NCBI GenBank assembly: GCA_041483195.1 | Contig: JBGPFC010000021.1 | Coordinates: 1-64,000 of the forward strand | DNA from: Candidatus Eiseniibacteriota bacterium | GTDB taxonomy: Bacteria > Eisenbacteria > RBG-16-71-46 | DNA: 64,000 bases | Direction of reading: 5' to 3' | In this document: piece after piece, positions 50,107 to 60,051 of the stretch | Layout: each line of letters begins with the position of its first letter | How positions within the stretch are numbered: the stretch's first letter is position 1 | The notes under the pieces: generated by a model | Databases searched by the model: none | What the model was told of the DNA's origin: nothing | What the model saw: only the letters and a program-made list of their open reading frames with translations | Made by a program: the position numbers and the translations under genes

Positions 50107-51219
50107 GTGAACCTGATCGCGGCGGCGTCCGGCTTCCTCGTCATCGCGTTCGTCCTGTGGGACGCTTTCGAAACCATCCTGCTGCCGCGGCGCATCCCGA
50201 GTGGGTTGCGCATCTCGCGCCTGGTGTTGCGCGGACTGTGGGGGGGATGGTCCGCGATCGCGCGCCGGATCGTGCAGCGCAACGCCCGCGAGAACGTCCT
50301 CAGTCTGTACGCACTGCTGTCGCTGATCGGCCTGCTGGTGGTGTGGGCCGCCGGACTGATCGTGGGATTCGCATGCATCCAGTGGGCGTTCGGCTCCCGG
50401 CTCGAGACCCTGGGCGGCCCGGTGGGATTCCGCACCGACCTCTACATGAGCGGAACCACGTTCTTCACGCTCGGCCTCGGCGACGTGAGCCCGATCTCGG
50501 CGGGCTCGCGATTCCTCACCGTGGTCGAGGCCGGCACCGGATTCGGATTTCTCGCGATGGTGCTGGCGTATCTGCCCGTGCTCTACCAGGCGTTCTCGCG
50601 GCGCGAGGCGCGCATCACCATGCTCGACGAGTGGGCGGGTTCGCCCCCCTCCGCGGCGGTGCTATTGCGGCGGAGCTTCGAGAGCCGCGATCCCGGCGCA
50701 GCGCTCAACGCGCTCCTGCGGGACTGGGAAGTCGCGGCCGCGGAAATCCTCGAGAGCCACCTCTCGTACCCGATCCTCGCCTACTTCCGCTCCCAGCACG
50801 ACAATCAGTCGTGGCTCGCCGCACTCACCACGGTGCTCGACAGCTGCGCGCTGGTAATCGCGGGCGTCGATGGCATCGATCCGTTCCAGGCGCGTCTAAC
50901 CTTCGCCATCTGCCGCCACACGCTGGTGGATGTGAGCCAGAACGTCGAAAACCGGGCGCGGCCCTCCGCGGCCCTCCGCGCCACGCCCGAGCAGCTGGTG
51001 GAACTGCGCGCGTGGCTCAACGCGGCCGGCATTCCAATCGCGCGCGGGGAGGAGGCGGACCGGCGCTTCGCGGAGCTTCGGGCTCTCTATGCGCCGTACG
51101 TCCTGGTGCTGTCCGAGCGGCTGCTCATGCCGCTCCCCTCATGGCTCCCACCCGCGAAGGCGCGGTACAACTGGGAGACCACGGCGTGGGCGCGGACCGG
51201 GCGCGACGACGCGCACTGA
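50107..51219 (+). CDS. Potassium channel-family membrane protein
   Basis: TM helices flanking pore helix/filter SGTTFFTLGLGD; start position uncertain. Confidence 0.75.
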   Translation: MNLIAAASGFLVIAFVLWDAFETILLPRRIPSGLRISRLVLRGLWGGWSAIARRIVQRNARENVLSLYALLSLIGLLVVWAAGLIVGFACIQWAFGSRLETLGGPVGFRTDLYMSGTTFFTLGLGDVSPISAGSRFLTVVEAGTGFGFLAMVLAYLPVLYQAFSRREARITMLDEWAGSPPSAAVLLRRSFESRDPGAALNALLRDWEVAAAEILESHLSYPILAYFRSQHDNQSWLAALTTVLDSCALVIAGVDGIDPFQARLTFAICRHTLVDVSQNVENRARPSAALRATPEQLVELRAWLNAAGIPIARGEEADRRFAELRALYAPYVLVLSERLLMPLPSWLPPAKARYNWETTAWARTGRDDAH

Positions 51220-51235
51220 AGCCCGGCGCGCGCGC

Positions 51236-52771
51236 CTAGGGCGCGGACGGGGTGTAGATGCGCGTCGGCACGTTGCGATTGCCGGTCTCGGGCCGCATCG
51301 CGCCGACGAACTCCCCAACTCGGCCGGACAGCCGGTACGAGGCCGACAACGACGCCCACAACGGTCGCGAGACGTCTCCGCATGCTTCGAGCGTGGTGTC
51401 GCACACGATCGCGGGCCGGCCGGGGCCGCCACGCAGGCGGGCGAACATCCGATCGAAGTAGCCGGGGTCCGTACGGAGCAGTCGATTTCCGCGCGCGCGC
51501 ATGACGTCGTCGAGCGCGAGGACGCTGAGGCTCATGCCTTTGCCGGAGGCCCAGCCGTAATAGCCGTGGAAGGGGATCATGACCGGGCCCGGAATCTCCC
51601 GGATCGTTTCCATCAGCAACCGGTGCTCGCGAACCCCGCTCGAGGGCGGCCGGAAATCGTGAACCGCGTAGAGCAGCGGCAGAAACGCCAGCGCGAGCAG
51701 GCCGTGAGCCAGCGGGGATGAGGAGGCCGCGTGCGGTCCGTGCGCGCTCGCGAGACGCGCGGTCACCCGCTGAATGGCGATCGGACCCATCACCGCGAAC
51801 GCCGCGAGCGACGGCATCAGCACCTGGAAATAGGCATAGGGATCGAGGGTGGCGAGCAGCCCGGTGCCGAGCCCGCCGCCCGCCATCCACAGCCAGATCG
51901 CGCCGGCCCCGCGCCACGGCCGCTGCGGCAGGCCGAGCGCGACCACGATCGGCACGGTGAGCATCGCGAATTTCCCGAAGGCGTCGCGCGAGAGATACTG
52001 GAGCACGCGCCCGCGGCTGAACTGCGACCAGTGCGACGGCACGTCGTAGGTGTAGAAGCTGTACCAGGGGCCCAGCCATCGCGTGAGCGCGAGGAACCCC
52101 CCCGCGCAGCCGAGCGCGAGCGCGAACGCGAACGGAACGACACGGCGGCGGTCGTTCACGGCGAGGTGCAGCAGCGCGGCGCCCCCGAACAGCAGCGCGT
52201 GCTGCTTGGTGAAGAACGCCGCCGAGAACAGCAGGGCGGAGATCACGGCGCCCGCCCTGCCCGAGCTGAATCGCAGCACGGCGGCGGCGCCGAACGCCAG
52301 CAGCAACATCGCCTGGTCGGGCCGCACGACGTCGTATCCGCCGGTCAGGCCGTGACCCATCATGAAGATCGCGGCGCCCGCGACTCCCGGCAGCACGCTG
52401 CCGGTCTCGCGGCGGATGACGGCGATCATGAGGGCCGAGAGCGCCACGACCGCCAGCACGCACACCAGTCGCGGTTCCCAGAGCGCCGGTCCGAACAGGC
52501 TGGCGAGCGGCGCCACCAGCGCGGGGAACAGCGGGGGGTAGGCGAGCGGGATGAAGTCGAACGATGGGGCGACATAGAGCGGTTTCCCCTGCGCGAGACG
52601 AAGGATGTGATCCATGAGAATGCCCTCGCCGTTCCCGAGCTCGATGGGGTGGGCGAGCCGCAGCGCCGTCAGGCCGATGAAGGCCGCGAACGAAAAGGCG
52701 CAGAGCCCCCAGAGCGCCAGCGCGACGGCACGCGCCGCCGTTGCATTGGCCGCTGTTTCGAGCTTGATCAT
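51236..52771 (-). CDS. GT-C fold membrane glycosyltransferase (ArnT/GT39-like)
   Basis: EG..LAQGKPLY..YPPLF loop, RPD, FFTKQ, many TM helices; start may extend to 52840. Confidence 0.7.
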   Translation of the reverse strand: MIKLETAANATAARAVALALWGLCAFSFAAFIGLTALRLAHPIELGNGEGILMDHILRLAQGKPLYVAPSFDFIPLAYPPLFPALVAPLASLFGPALWEPRLVCVLAVVALSALMIAVIRRETGSVLPGVAGAAIFMMGHGLTGGYDVVRPDQAMLLLAFGAAAVLRFSSGRAGAVISALLFSAAFFTKQHALLFGGAALLHLAVNDRRRVVPFAFALALGCAGGFLALTRWLGPWYSFYTYDVPSHWSQFSRGRVLQYLSRDAFGKFAMLTVPIVVALGLPQRPWRGAGAIWLWMAGGGLGTGLLATLDPYAYFQVLMPSLAAFAVMGPIAIQRVTARLASAHGPHAASSSPLAHGLLALAFLPLLYAVHDFRPPSSGVREHRLLMETIREIPGPVMIPFHGYYGWASGKGMSLSVLALDDVMRARGNRLLRTDPGYFDRMFARLRGGPGRPAIVCDTTLEACGDVSRPLWASLSASYRLSGRVGEFVGAMRPETGNRNVPTRIYTPSAP

Positions 52772-53025
52772 GCGGGTCGGGTGCGGGGCATCGACGATTC
52801 CTAGCAGATGCGAAGCGGCGATGCGAATCCCCTCCGACACGCCGGCGCGTGCGATGCTCGCGTCGCCCCCGCGGATCCGCGCGGCCGCTCCCGGCGCGCG
52901 GGGCGTCCTTGCGTCGCGGCAGGTGAGTCCATAGTCTGCCGCGCAGTCGTGCGCCGGCGCGTCTTTCGTGCGCCGCGCCCACCGAAACCGCGTCGCTCAC
53001 CTGGAACCAGCGGGACAGCGTGCAC

Positions 53026-55209
53026 ATGGCGGACGTTCACACCCACGCGCAGTCCACTGCCGCCCGGCATGGTCCCGCGGCGACGACCGCCGGGCCGGGG
53101 GTCAGTCCCTCGCGGGCGCGCGTCGGGGTGCCGCTGCTGGTTCCGGGCGTCCTGCTCGCGATCGCGCCGTTCGTGTATTTCGCGCTGCGGCGTGTCGGCG
53201 GTCTCGAGTTTCCGCTCGACGACGGATACATCTACCTCCAGTACTCGCGGCAGCTGGCCGCGGGACGACTCTTCGAATACTTCCCGGGCGCGGGGTACTC
53301 GACGGGCTGCACCAGCTTCCTCTACCCGCTGATCCTGGCGCCCGGATTCTGGTTGGGGCTGGACGGGCGCCCGATGGTGGCGTACACATTCGCGCTCTCC
53401 ATCGTCCTGATCGCGGGCTGTGCGTGGGTGGCATCGCGGCTGGGGCAGCGCGCGGCCGGGCGAATGGGCGCCGTGTTGTGCCCCGCGTTCCTGCTCGCCA
53501 CCGGTTCGTGGATGTGGGGCGCGCTCTCGGGGCTCGAGGTCGCGCTGCTCACGCTGCTCACGTTGCTGGCGGTCGACTTGAGCTTTCGCGACGCGAGCGA
53601 CGCCGTGTCTCTGCCGGCGCGCGGCGTCGCGGAGCACGACCGGCCCGATCCTCCGCGAGGGCTCGCGCTCTGGATCGTCGCGGCGCTGCTCGCGCTGACG
53701 CGGCCCGAAGGGCTGTTCGTGGCGGCGCTGGTGGTCGCGCTCTCGGCCCTTCGTCGCGACCGCCGCGGTCGCGCGCTCACCTGGATCGCGTGGCCGGCCG
53801 CGCTGCTTCCGTGTCTGGGCGTCGGTCTCATGAACCTGCGCCTCACCGGCCAGCTGCTCCCGAATACCGCGATCGCCAAGAGCGCCGCCCTGCTGCCGCG
53901 GCAAACCGTGAATGGGCTGCTGCTGAACGCCTGGACCCAACTCGCGCAGGTCGGAACGGTCTTGCTTCGGGGCTGGCACCAGAAGGACATGATCCCGCTC
54001 GGCCCGCTCACGCTGCTGGTGATCGTGGTCGCGACGCTGCCGAGGGTCGCCGGGGAATGGAGGCGCCGGGCCTCGTTTCCGTGGACGATCCTGCTCGGCG
54101 CCAGCGTCGCGAGCATGGCGGCCGCGCTGACCGCACGCTGGCCCGGACAGCTCTTCCGCTATTACCATCCCACCTTCGCGACCCTCGCGGTCACGGGCGC
54201 GATCGGCTGGGCGATCCTGATCGGGCGTGCGCGCGCGGGATCCGCGCCGCGGACGTTCGCGATGACGGGGGCCGCAGCGGTGGCGCTCACGCTGGGATGG
54301 GTCGGGGCCCAGCAGGCGCGATGGGCCGCGTTGTTCGGTGATGCAGCCTATGAGATCCGCCATCAGCAGGTGTACGCCGCGGAGTGGATCGCGAAGACGT
54401 TGCCGTCGGATGCCACGCTCATGCTCAACGACGTTGGCGCGATGGCCTACATCCCGCGGCGCCGCGTCTTCGACCTGGTGGGCCTCGTCACCAATCACCA
54501 GGCGCGGGTATTCGTCGAGGGGCCGGGCGCGCTGTTCGAGAAGCTCGAGCGCATGCCCGCCACGGAGCGCCCGACGCATCTCGTCGTCTACCCCGAATGG
54601 CTGCGGCTCGACCCGCTGCTCGGCCGGCGGCTGTTCGAAGCCCGCGTGAGCGGACACATCACGGTGATCGGCGAGCGCGCGGCGATCGCATTCGAGCCCG
54701 ACTGGCATCTGCTCGAAAGCGGCGAGCGTCCCTCCGCGCCCGTCCCGTTCGGCGACGTGCTCGACGCGATCGATGTCGCGGATCTCGACGACGAGACCGC
54801 CCACCGCCACGAGTTCGCTGCCGCCGCCCCGGAATCGCTGAATGCCCCGGATACGTTTCTCAGGCTGGGAAGGGATGCCGGGGGACGCGAGATCGCGGAT
54901 GGAGGGCGCTCCGTTGCCGGGCGTGAGTCGTTCGACGTCCGCGTGCCCGACGCCGGCGAGCTTCATCTTCGCGCGCGACTCCAAAGCTCGGCGGCGCTGG
55001 AGGTCCTGGTGGACGGCTCGCGCGCCGGCGAGCTCGGCGTCCCGATCGGCGGCGAGTCGAGTGCCGATCGGTTCGACGAGCGTGATCTGGTGCTGCCGGC
55101 GCTCGCGCACCGGCCCGGCCGGCACCGGGTCGAGATCGTCGGCGCGGCGGACGCCCCGTTCCGCGCATACCACTACTGGCTGTGGGGAGGAGCGCCGCCG
55201 CCGCCGTGA
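53026..55209 (+). CDS. GT-C fold membrane glycosyltransferase (AftB-like) with C-terminal soluble domain
   Basis: FPLDDGYIYLQYSRQLAAG, G.TS.LY, SGLE, TRPEG, LPNT..AK, RY, DVGA..Y..DLVGL. Confidence 0.72.
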   Translation: MADVHTHAQSTAARHGPAATTAGPGVSPSRARVGVPLLVPGVLLAIAPFVYFALRRVGGLEFPLDDGYIYLQYSRQLAAGRLFEYFPGAGYSTGCTSFLYPLILAPGFWLGLDGRPMVAYTFALSIVLIAGCAWVASRLGQRAAGRMGAVLCPAFLLATGSWMWGALSGLEVALLTLLTLLAVDLSFRDASDAVSLPARGVAEHDRPDPPRGLALWIVAALLALTRPEGLFVAALVVALSALRRDRRGRALTWIAWPAALLPCLGVGLMNLRLTGQLLPNTAIAKSAALLPRQTVNGLLLNAWTQLAQVGTVLLRGWHQKDMIPLGPLTLLVIVVATLPRVAGEWRRRASFPWTILLGASVASMAAALTARWPGQLFRYYHPTFATLAVTGAIGWAILIGRARAGSAPRTFAMTGAAAVALTLGWVGAQQARWAALFGDAAYEIRHQQVYAAEWIAKTLPSDATLMLNDVGAMAYIPRRRVFDLVGLVTNHQARVFVEGPGALFEKLERMPATERPTHLVVYPEWLRLDPLLGRRLFEARVSGHITVIGERAAIAFEPDWHLLESGERPSAPVPFGDVLDAIDVADLDDETAHRHEFAAAAPESLNAPDTFLRLGRDAGGREIADGGRSVAGRESFDVRVPDAGELHLRARLQSSAALEVLVDGSRAGELGVPIGGESSADRFDERDLVLPALAHRPGRHRVEIVGAADAPFRAYHYWLWGGAPPPP

Positions 55210-55249
55210 GGGAGCCGGGACGCGGCGTGCGCGGCACCGGCACCAGGGG

Positions 55250-56827
55250 CTAGGGCGTCGCGGAGTCCACGCGCTGGTACCATGCGCCTGAGCGCCGCCC
55301 GGGCAGCGGCCGGTAGCTTCGCGACAGGAGCTCGAAGAACGGCGCGGAACGCTCGCCCTCCGCGCGCACGATGTCCCCGTAGTCGCGCCCGATGAAGATG
55401 TAGCCGGGCCGCGCGCGATCGAGATCGCGCGTCACGCGCTGCCACTCCTCGAGCGAGAAGCTCTCGATGAAGCTCGCGCCGTTGCGCGGGATCGCCTGCT
55501 CGCGTCCCGAGAGCCAGTAGTAGAGCGGGTTGCCGAGCACCCAGATCGGCCCCGTGAGACTCGAGGCCTCCCTCAGGAACGCGACGTCGTCGAGGATCTG
55601 GCCGTATCCATTCCCGAGGCTCGCGCGGACCTGGTAGGCGCGGATTCGCGCCGGGGTCAGCGCGAATCCGGTGCGCGCGAGCCGCACGCTCTTTCCCGCG
55701 AGCGTCGCGAGCGGCGCCGCGAACAGCAGCCCCAGCGTGAGCGCCCCCACCGCGCGACGCTCGATCCTGCGCGCGCCCGGGGCGAGCGTCGCGAATGCCG
55801 CGGCCAGAGACTCGAGCGCCGCCGCGGCCAGGATGCCGAGCGGAACCAGGAACAGCAGGAATTGATACGGCCAGTACGACCAGCGCTGGATGACGATCAC
55901 CACCGCGCTCATCGCGAGCCATGCCACCATCTGGAGCGCGAGCGCCTCGCGCCGCGCGCGCCACCAGAGCCACGCCCCGGGCACCGCGAGCACGATCAGC
56001 GGGAAGAACTGAGTGCAGAACCAGGTCAGGCTGCGCTCCAGGATCTTGATTCGAATCCCGTGCGCCTGCGCCAGCACCGACGCGGGGTAGGTCACCGACG
56101 TCCACCATGCGAGCGCGAGCGCATGATGCGCCGAGAAATAGGCGATCGCGCCGAGCATCGGGATGGCGAACCCCACCAGCGCCATGGAGAGGGCGCGCCA
56201 ATAGGGAAAGCCTCGCGCTCCATCCGCCGCGCCTCCCGCCGGTCGCCGCGCGGCGAGCCCGGTGATGGCGATCGCGATCGCGATCGGGAGGAACAACAGC
56301 TTGAGGAGCACGGTGATCCCGGTCGCGAGCCCGGCGATCAGCGCGAGTCGTCCCGCGCGATGCGGGGCGAGCGCCGCCGCGCGCGTGCTCCACGCCACCG
56401 CGAACAACGGCAACCCGACCAGGCCCTCGATCTGCGTGAGGTGCCAGTCGCCGCACGCCGCGAAATACATTCCCACCACCAGCAGCGCCGCGAACGCGGG
56501 ACCGCGGCGGGTGGCGAAGGCGTCGCGCAGTCCGAACATCAGGAAGCCCGCGAACGCCACCATCACGAGCACCTCGAGCGCGTGGATGCCGACCTCGCTG
56601 AAACCGAACAGCGCGCCGCCGAGCTGGAAGAACCAGAACAGCCCGGGTTGCTTGGGGTCCCAGTAGTCGCGGTAGAGCACGGCGCCGTGCTGCATCATGC
56701 GCGCGCCGAGGGTGAACATCGCCTGGTCCCATGCGAAGGGCTGCGGGAGGTTGATCAGCCCGAGGAGGGCGATCGCGGCCAGGACTGCGGCACCGATCGG
56801 GCGGTGCCGAGCTTCAGGTGGTGCCAT
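55250..56827 (-). CDS. GT-C fold membrane glycosyltransferase (GT39/PMT-like)
   Basis: WDQAMF..GAVLYRDYWDPKQPG, Q.E, many TM helices. Confidence 0.72.
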   Translation of the reverse strand: MAPPEARHRPIGAAVLAAIALLGLINLPQPFAWDQAMFTLGARMMQHGAVLYRDYWDPKQPGLFWFFQLGGALFGFSEVGIHALEVLVMVAFAGFLMFGLRDAFATRRGPAFAALLVVGMYFAACGDWHLTQIEGLVGLPLFAVAWSTRAAALAPHRAGRLALIAGLATGITVLLKLLFLPIAIAIAITGLAARRPAGGAADGARGFPYWRALSMALVGFAIPMLGAIAYFSAHHALALAWWTSVTYPASVLAQAHGIRIKILERSLTWFCTQFFPLIVLAVPGAWLWWRARREALALQMVAWLAMSAVVIVIQRWSYWPYQFLLFLVPLGILAAAALESLAAAFATLAPGARRIERRAVGALTLGLLFAAPLATLAGKSVRLARTGFALTPARIRAYQVRASLGNGYGQILDDVAFLREASSLTGPIWVLGNPLYYWLSGREQAIPRNGASFIESFSLEEWQRVTRDLDRARPGYIFIGRDYGDIVRAEGERSAPFFELLSRSYRPLPGRRSGAWYQRVDSATP

Positions 56828-57173
56828 GCGGATGGCGTCTCCCGGAATACCAGGCGTGGGTCGCCGCGCGGAGTCGCTCCGATCCGGTGGTCGCGGATCG
56901 CGCGCGCGCGCGACACTCTAGCGTATCCACCGTCACACCGCCCGTTTGAGTTCCGGGCGGGGCATGACGCTCGCCGGGGGAGACGGCTCCACCCGGCGCC
57001 GGTTCCATCCCGGAAGAGATACAAAGCTGTTGATATCCCGACGATCGGACACCACAGTGCTCTCTCTTCGTCGCCCGACGGGATGAACCCCAGCCCCGCG
57101 GGCGGCGCGCTGACCCGGTGCCGGGCGATGCGAAATCCTCGCCCGCGCCGAAACCTCGGAGGGGGAACGCGTC

Positions 57174-58037
57174 ATGAAGCAGGCGAAGGGGACTCGGGGC
57201 AGCACCGGCAGGCGTCAGGCGGCCGGTTCATTCGCACCCGGCGAACACGTTCGTGTGGTGCCGCTCCATCACCCGAAGCCCTCGGTCACGATCGATGGAC
57301 TGAAGAAGATGCGCGAGGAGGGCGAGCGCGACCTCTTCGACGGCAAGCCCCACGCCGTGGCGCCCGATGCGCACCTGACCTATCGCAAGGGCCCGCTGCT
57401 CCCGAACGTCGAGGTGTTCACGATCTTCTGGGGGGCGCTGTGGGGGACGAGCGCCAAGTCCACGGCGCTCATGAAGAAGCTCAACAAGTTCTTCGCCGCG
57501 ATCCTCGTGAGCCCGGCGATCGATCAGCTCGCGGAGTACAGCGTCCCCGGCCAGAAGCTCGGGCACGGATCGCTCACCGGCACCGCGTTGATCCACGCCA
57601 ATGCGCCGGTGAAGAGCATCACCGATTCCGCGATCAAGACGCAGGTCAAGCTGTGGATCAAGACCAAGGCCGTGCCCAAGAACACGAAGAACACGCTCTA
57701 CTTCATCTATCTCGACCCCGGGATCGTCTCGATCATGGGCGGCAGCAAGTCGTGCCAGAACTACTGCGGATATCACGATCACGTGGGCGGCGCGTACTAC
57801 GCGGTGATGCCGTACCCGACCTGCAGCGGCTGCCTGGGCGGGATGTCCGCATTCAACGCCCTCACCGGTACCAGTTCGCACGAGCTGTGCGAGGCGGTCA
57901 CGGACCCGGTTCCGGGGGCGGGATGGTACGACGATCACGACGGAGAGATCGGGGACATCTGCGCGTGGAACTTCAAGAAGGTCGCGGGCTACACCGTGCA
58001 GCTCGAGTGGTCGAACAAGCAGGGCAAATGCCTCTAG
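57174..58037 (+). CDS. Phi-1/EXORDIUM-like hypothetical protein
   Basis: LTY..GPLL..V..IFWG, YCGYH, SHELCEAVTDP, GWYD, EIGDIC, VQ.EWSN..C; GGAGG SD. Confidence 0.7.
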   Translation: MKQAKGTRGSTGRRQAAGSFAPGEHVRVVPLHHPKPSVTIDGLKKMREEGERDLFDGKPHAVAPDAHLTYRKGPLLPNVEVFTIFWGALWGTSAKSTALMKKLNKFFAAILVSPAIDQLAEYSVPGQKLGHGSLTGTALIHANAPVKSITDSAIKTQVKLWIKTKAVPKNTKNTLYFIYLDPGIVSIMGGSKSCQNYCGYHDHVGGAYYAVMPYPTCSGCLGGMSAFNALTGTSSHELCEAVTDPVPGAGWYDDHDGEIGDICAWNFKKVAGYTVQLEWSNKQGKCL

Positions 58038-58088
58038 CCTGATCGATTGCCCCGTGCGGGGCGGTTGGCGGGCCGGTGGGCTGCGGGG

Positions 58089-59621
58089 CTACCAGCCCAC
58101 CACCGACGCCGGCAGCAGCGTGCGCAGCTTTCGGCGCGCGACCAGGTTGATCTCCTCGGCCCGCAGGTCGGCGGGATTCCAGTCGTCGGTGAGCACCCGG
58201 CCCCCCGCCGGGGCGAAGCGGTTGCTCCACGCGTGCCTGCGCTGGAGCACCCGCCAGTGTTCCTCGTCGTCCGACAGCGTCCCGACCGGATCGCCGAGCA
58301 CGGCGTCGTCGATCTCGGGCGGGCGGTCGCACGCCAGCAGCACCACGTTTCCGATCTGGTCGGGGGGCTCGGCGATCGGAAGGGCCAGCACGTGACGGAA
58401 CCGGGTCGCGAGCGTCGCGGCCACCGCCCGCACCAGCGGATCGTTCCAGCCCACCGCCTCGACGTTGAGCACCAGCGCGCCGCCCGGACGCAGCCGCGCC
58501 TTCGCGTCCGCGAACGCCTCGGAGGTGAGCAGATGGAAGGGAATCGAGGCGCTGCCGAAGGCGTCCAGCACGACGAGATCGAACGTGTCGCGCGACGCCC
58601 GCAGGAACCGCCGGCCGTCGGCGTGGTGCACGGTGGCGTGCTGCGGCCGCAGGTTGAAGAACTCGCGCGCGACGGCGGTCACGGCCGGATCGATCTCGAC
58701 GGCATCCACGCGCCAGCCGTCGAACGCGAGCACCCGCGCCAGCGCCCCGCCACCGAGCCCCACCAGCAGCGCGCGGCCGGGGCGCGCGAACAGCTCGGTG
58801 GTGAGCTCCGCGACCTCCACGTACTCCTGGCGCGTGGCCAGATCCTGCTGCCGGACGATGGTGTGAGCCCCGCCGTCGAGCAGCAGGAAGCGCAGCCCGG
58901 CGTGATCAACGACCCGCAACTCCGCGTACTGACTCTCCCGCAGATCGCGCAGGCCATCGGGCCGCGCGCGCGCCGATCGCGTCGCGCTCCCCGCGGCGAG
59001 CGCCGCGACCAGGGCGAGCAGCAGCGCCGCGATCGCCCCGCGGCGCCCATCCCCGGCGCGGGCGATGGCCGCCGCCACCAGCAACGTCACGCCCACCGCG
59101 ATCAGCAGCCGCGTCACGCCGAGGACGGGGATCAGCACGAAGCCGGTGAGGAGCGCGGCCCCCACGCTCGCGAGCGTCGAGATCGCGAACAGGTCACCCG
59201 CGACGCGACCGACTTCGTTCATGTCCCGCGCCGCGAGCCGGATCGCGTAGGGGCTCACCATGCCGAGCAACATCAGCGGCGGGAAGAAGAGGGCGGTGGA
59301 CGTGACGAGCACCGCCGTGCGCAGCCCGAGGTGTTCGCTCGCCGCGAGCAGCGGCACTCGCATCCAGGGCACGGCACACACCCACGATCCGGCCGCGGCG
59401 AGCACCGCGGACAGCCGTGCCGCGCGCGGACCGCGGTCCGCCCAGCGTCCCCCCAGCGCGTAGCCTGCCGCGAGCGCCGCGAGCGTCACCGAGATCAGCG
59501 CCGACCACAGGAACAGGCTCACTCCGTAAAATGGCCCGAGCACCCGCGTGCCCACGATCTCGAGCGCGAGCACGCTGGCGCCCGAGAGCGAGACGACCAG
59601 CCACAGCTTCGCGCGATTCAT
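58089..59621 (-). CDS. Fused MFS-like membrane / spermidine synthase-like methyltransferase
   Basis: ALEI..R..P.YG.S..W TM region; LVGLGGG, VEIDP, DGRRFL, DLVVLDAF, PFHL.T.E, LTDD. Confidence 0.88.
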   Translation of the reverse strand: MNRAKLWLVVSLSGASVLALEIVGTRVLGPFYGVSLFLWSALISVTLAALAAGYALGGRWADRGPRAARLSAVLAAAGSWVCAVPWMRVPLLAASEHLGLRTAVLVTSTALFFPPLMLLGMVSPYAIRLAARDMNEVGRVAGDLFAISTLASVGAALLTGFVLIPVLGVTRLLIAVGVTLLVAAAIARAGDGRRGAIAALLLALVAALAAGSATRSARARPDGLRDLRESQYAELRVVDHAGLRFLLLDGGAHTIVRQQDLATRQEYVEVAELTTELFARPGRALLVGLGGGALARVLAFDGWRVDAVEIDPAVTAVAREFFNLRPQHATVHHADGRRFLRASRDTFDLVVLDAFGSASIPFHLLTSEAFADAKARLRPGGALVLNVEAVGWNDPLVRAVAATLATRFRHVLALPIAEPPDQIGNVVLLACDRPPEIDDAVLGDPVGTLSDDEEHWRVLQRRHAWSNRFAPAGGRVLTDDWNPADLRAEEINLVARRKLRTLLPASVVGW

Positions 59622-59655
59622 CGGAGCCACGCCCGAACCGGGACGAAGACGGGGC

Positions 59656-60027
59656 TCACCTCGAGGAATCCGGCATCGCGCGAATCTCCCCGGTGACCTC
59701 GATTCGAACCGGCCATCCCTCGAGCGACTTCGGGATGCGCCGTTCGAGCTCCGCGCCCGACTTCGCGACCATCACCACGATGATCGGCGAACCATCGGGC
59801 TTCGCCCCCTGGTAGGTGCCGACGACTCCCGGGAGCGCCATCAACTCCGGGGTGTGGGCGGCGAGCACGTCGGCGATCGGGCGCTCAGGCATCGGCTGGG
59901 GATGTCCTCCCGGTGCGTGCGGATGGCACGCGAGGGTCATGCACGAGACGAGCACGATGATCGCGGCCACCGCGACGCGCCCGGCACCGGGCCGGGCGCG
60001 CGCGCTGCTGCGACGTTTCCTGCTCAC
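59656..60027 (-). CDS. Putative lipoprotein consisting of a stand-alone protease pro-domain homolog
   Basis: Basic N-terminus, hydrophobic helix, TLAC lipobox; AHTPELMALPGVVGT..IP.SLEG.PV..EVTGEIRAM matches the pro-region of the upstream protease. Confidence 0.75.
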   Translation of the reverse strand: MSRKRRSSARARPGAGRVAVAAIIVLVSCMTLACHPHAPGGHPQPMPERPIADVLAAHTPELMALPGVVGTYQGAKPDGSPIIVVMVAKSGAELERRIPKSLEGWPVRIEVTGEIRAMPDSSR

Positions 60028-60051
60028 GGCCGCGAGCGGATCGCCCGCGGA

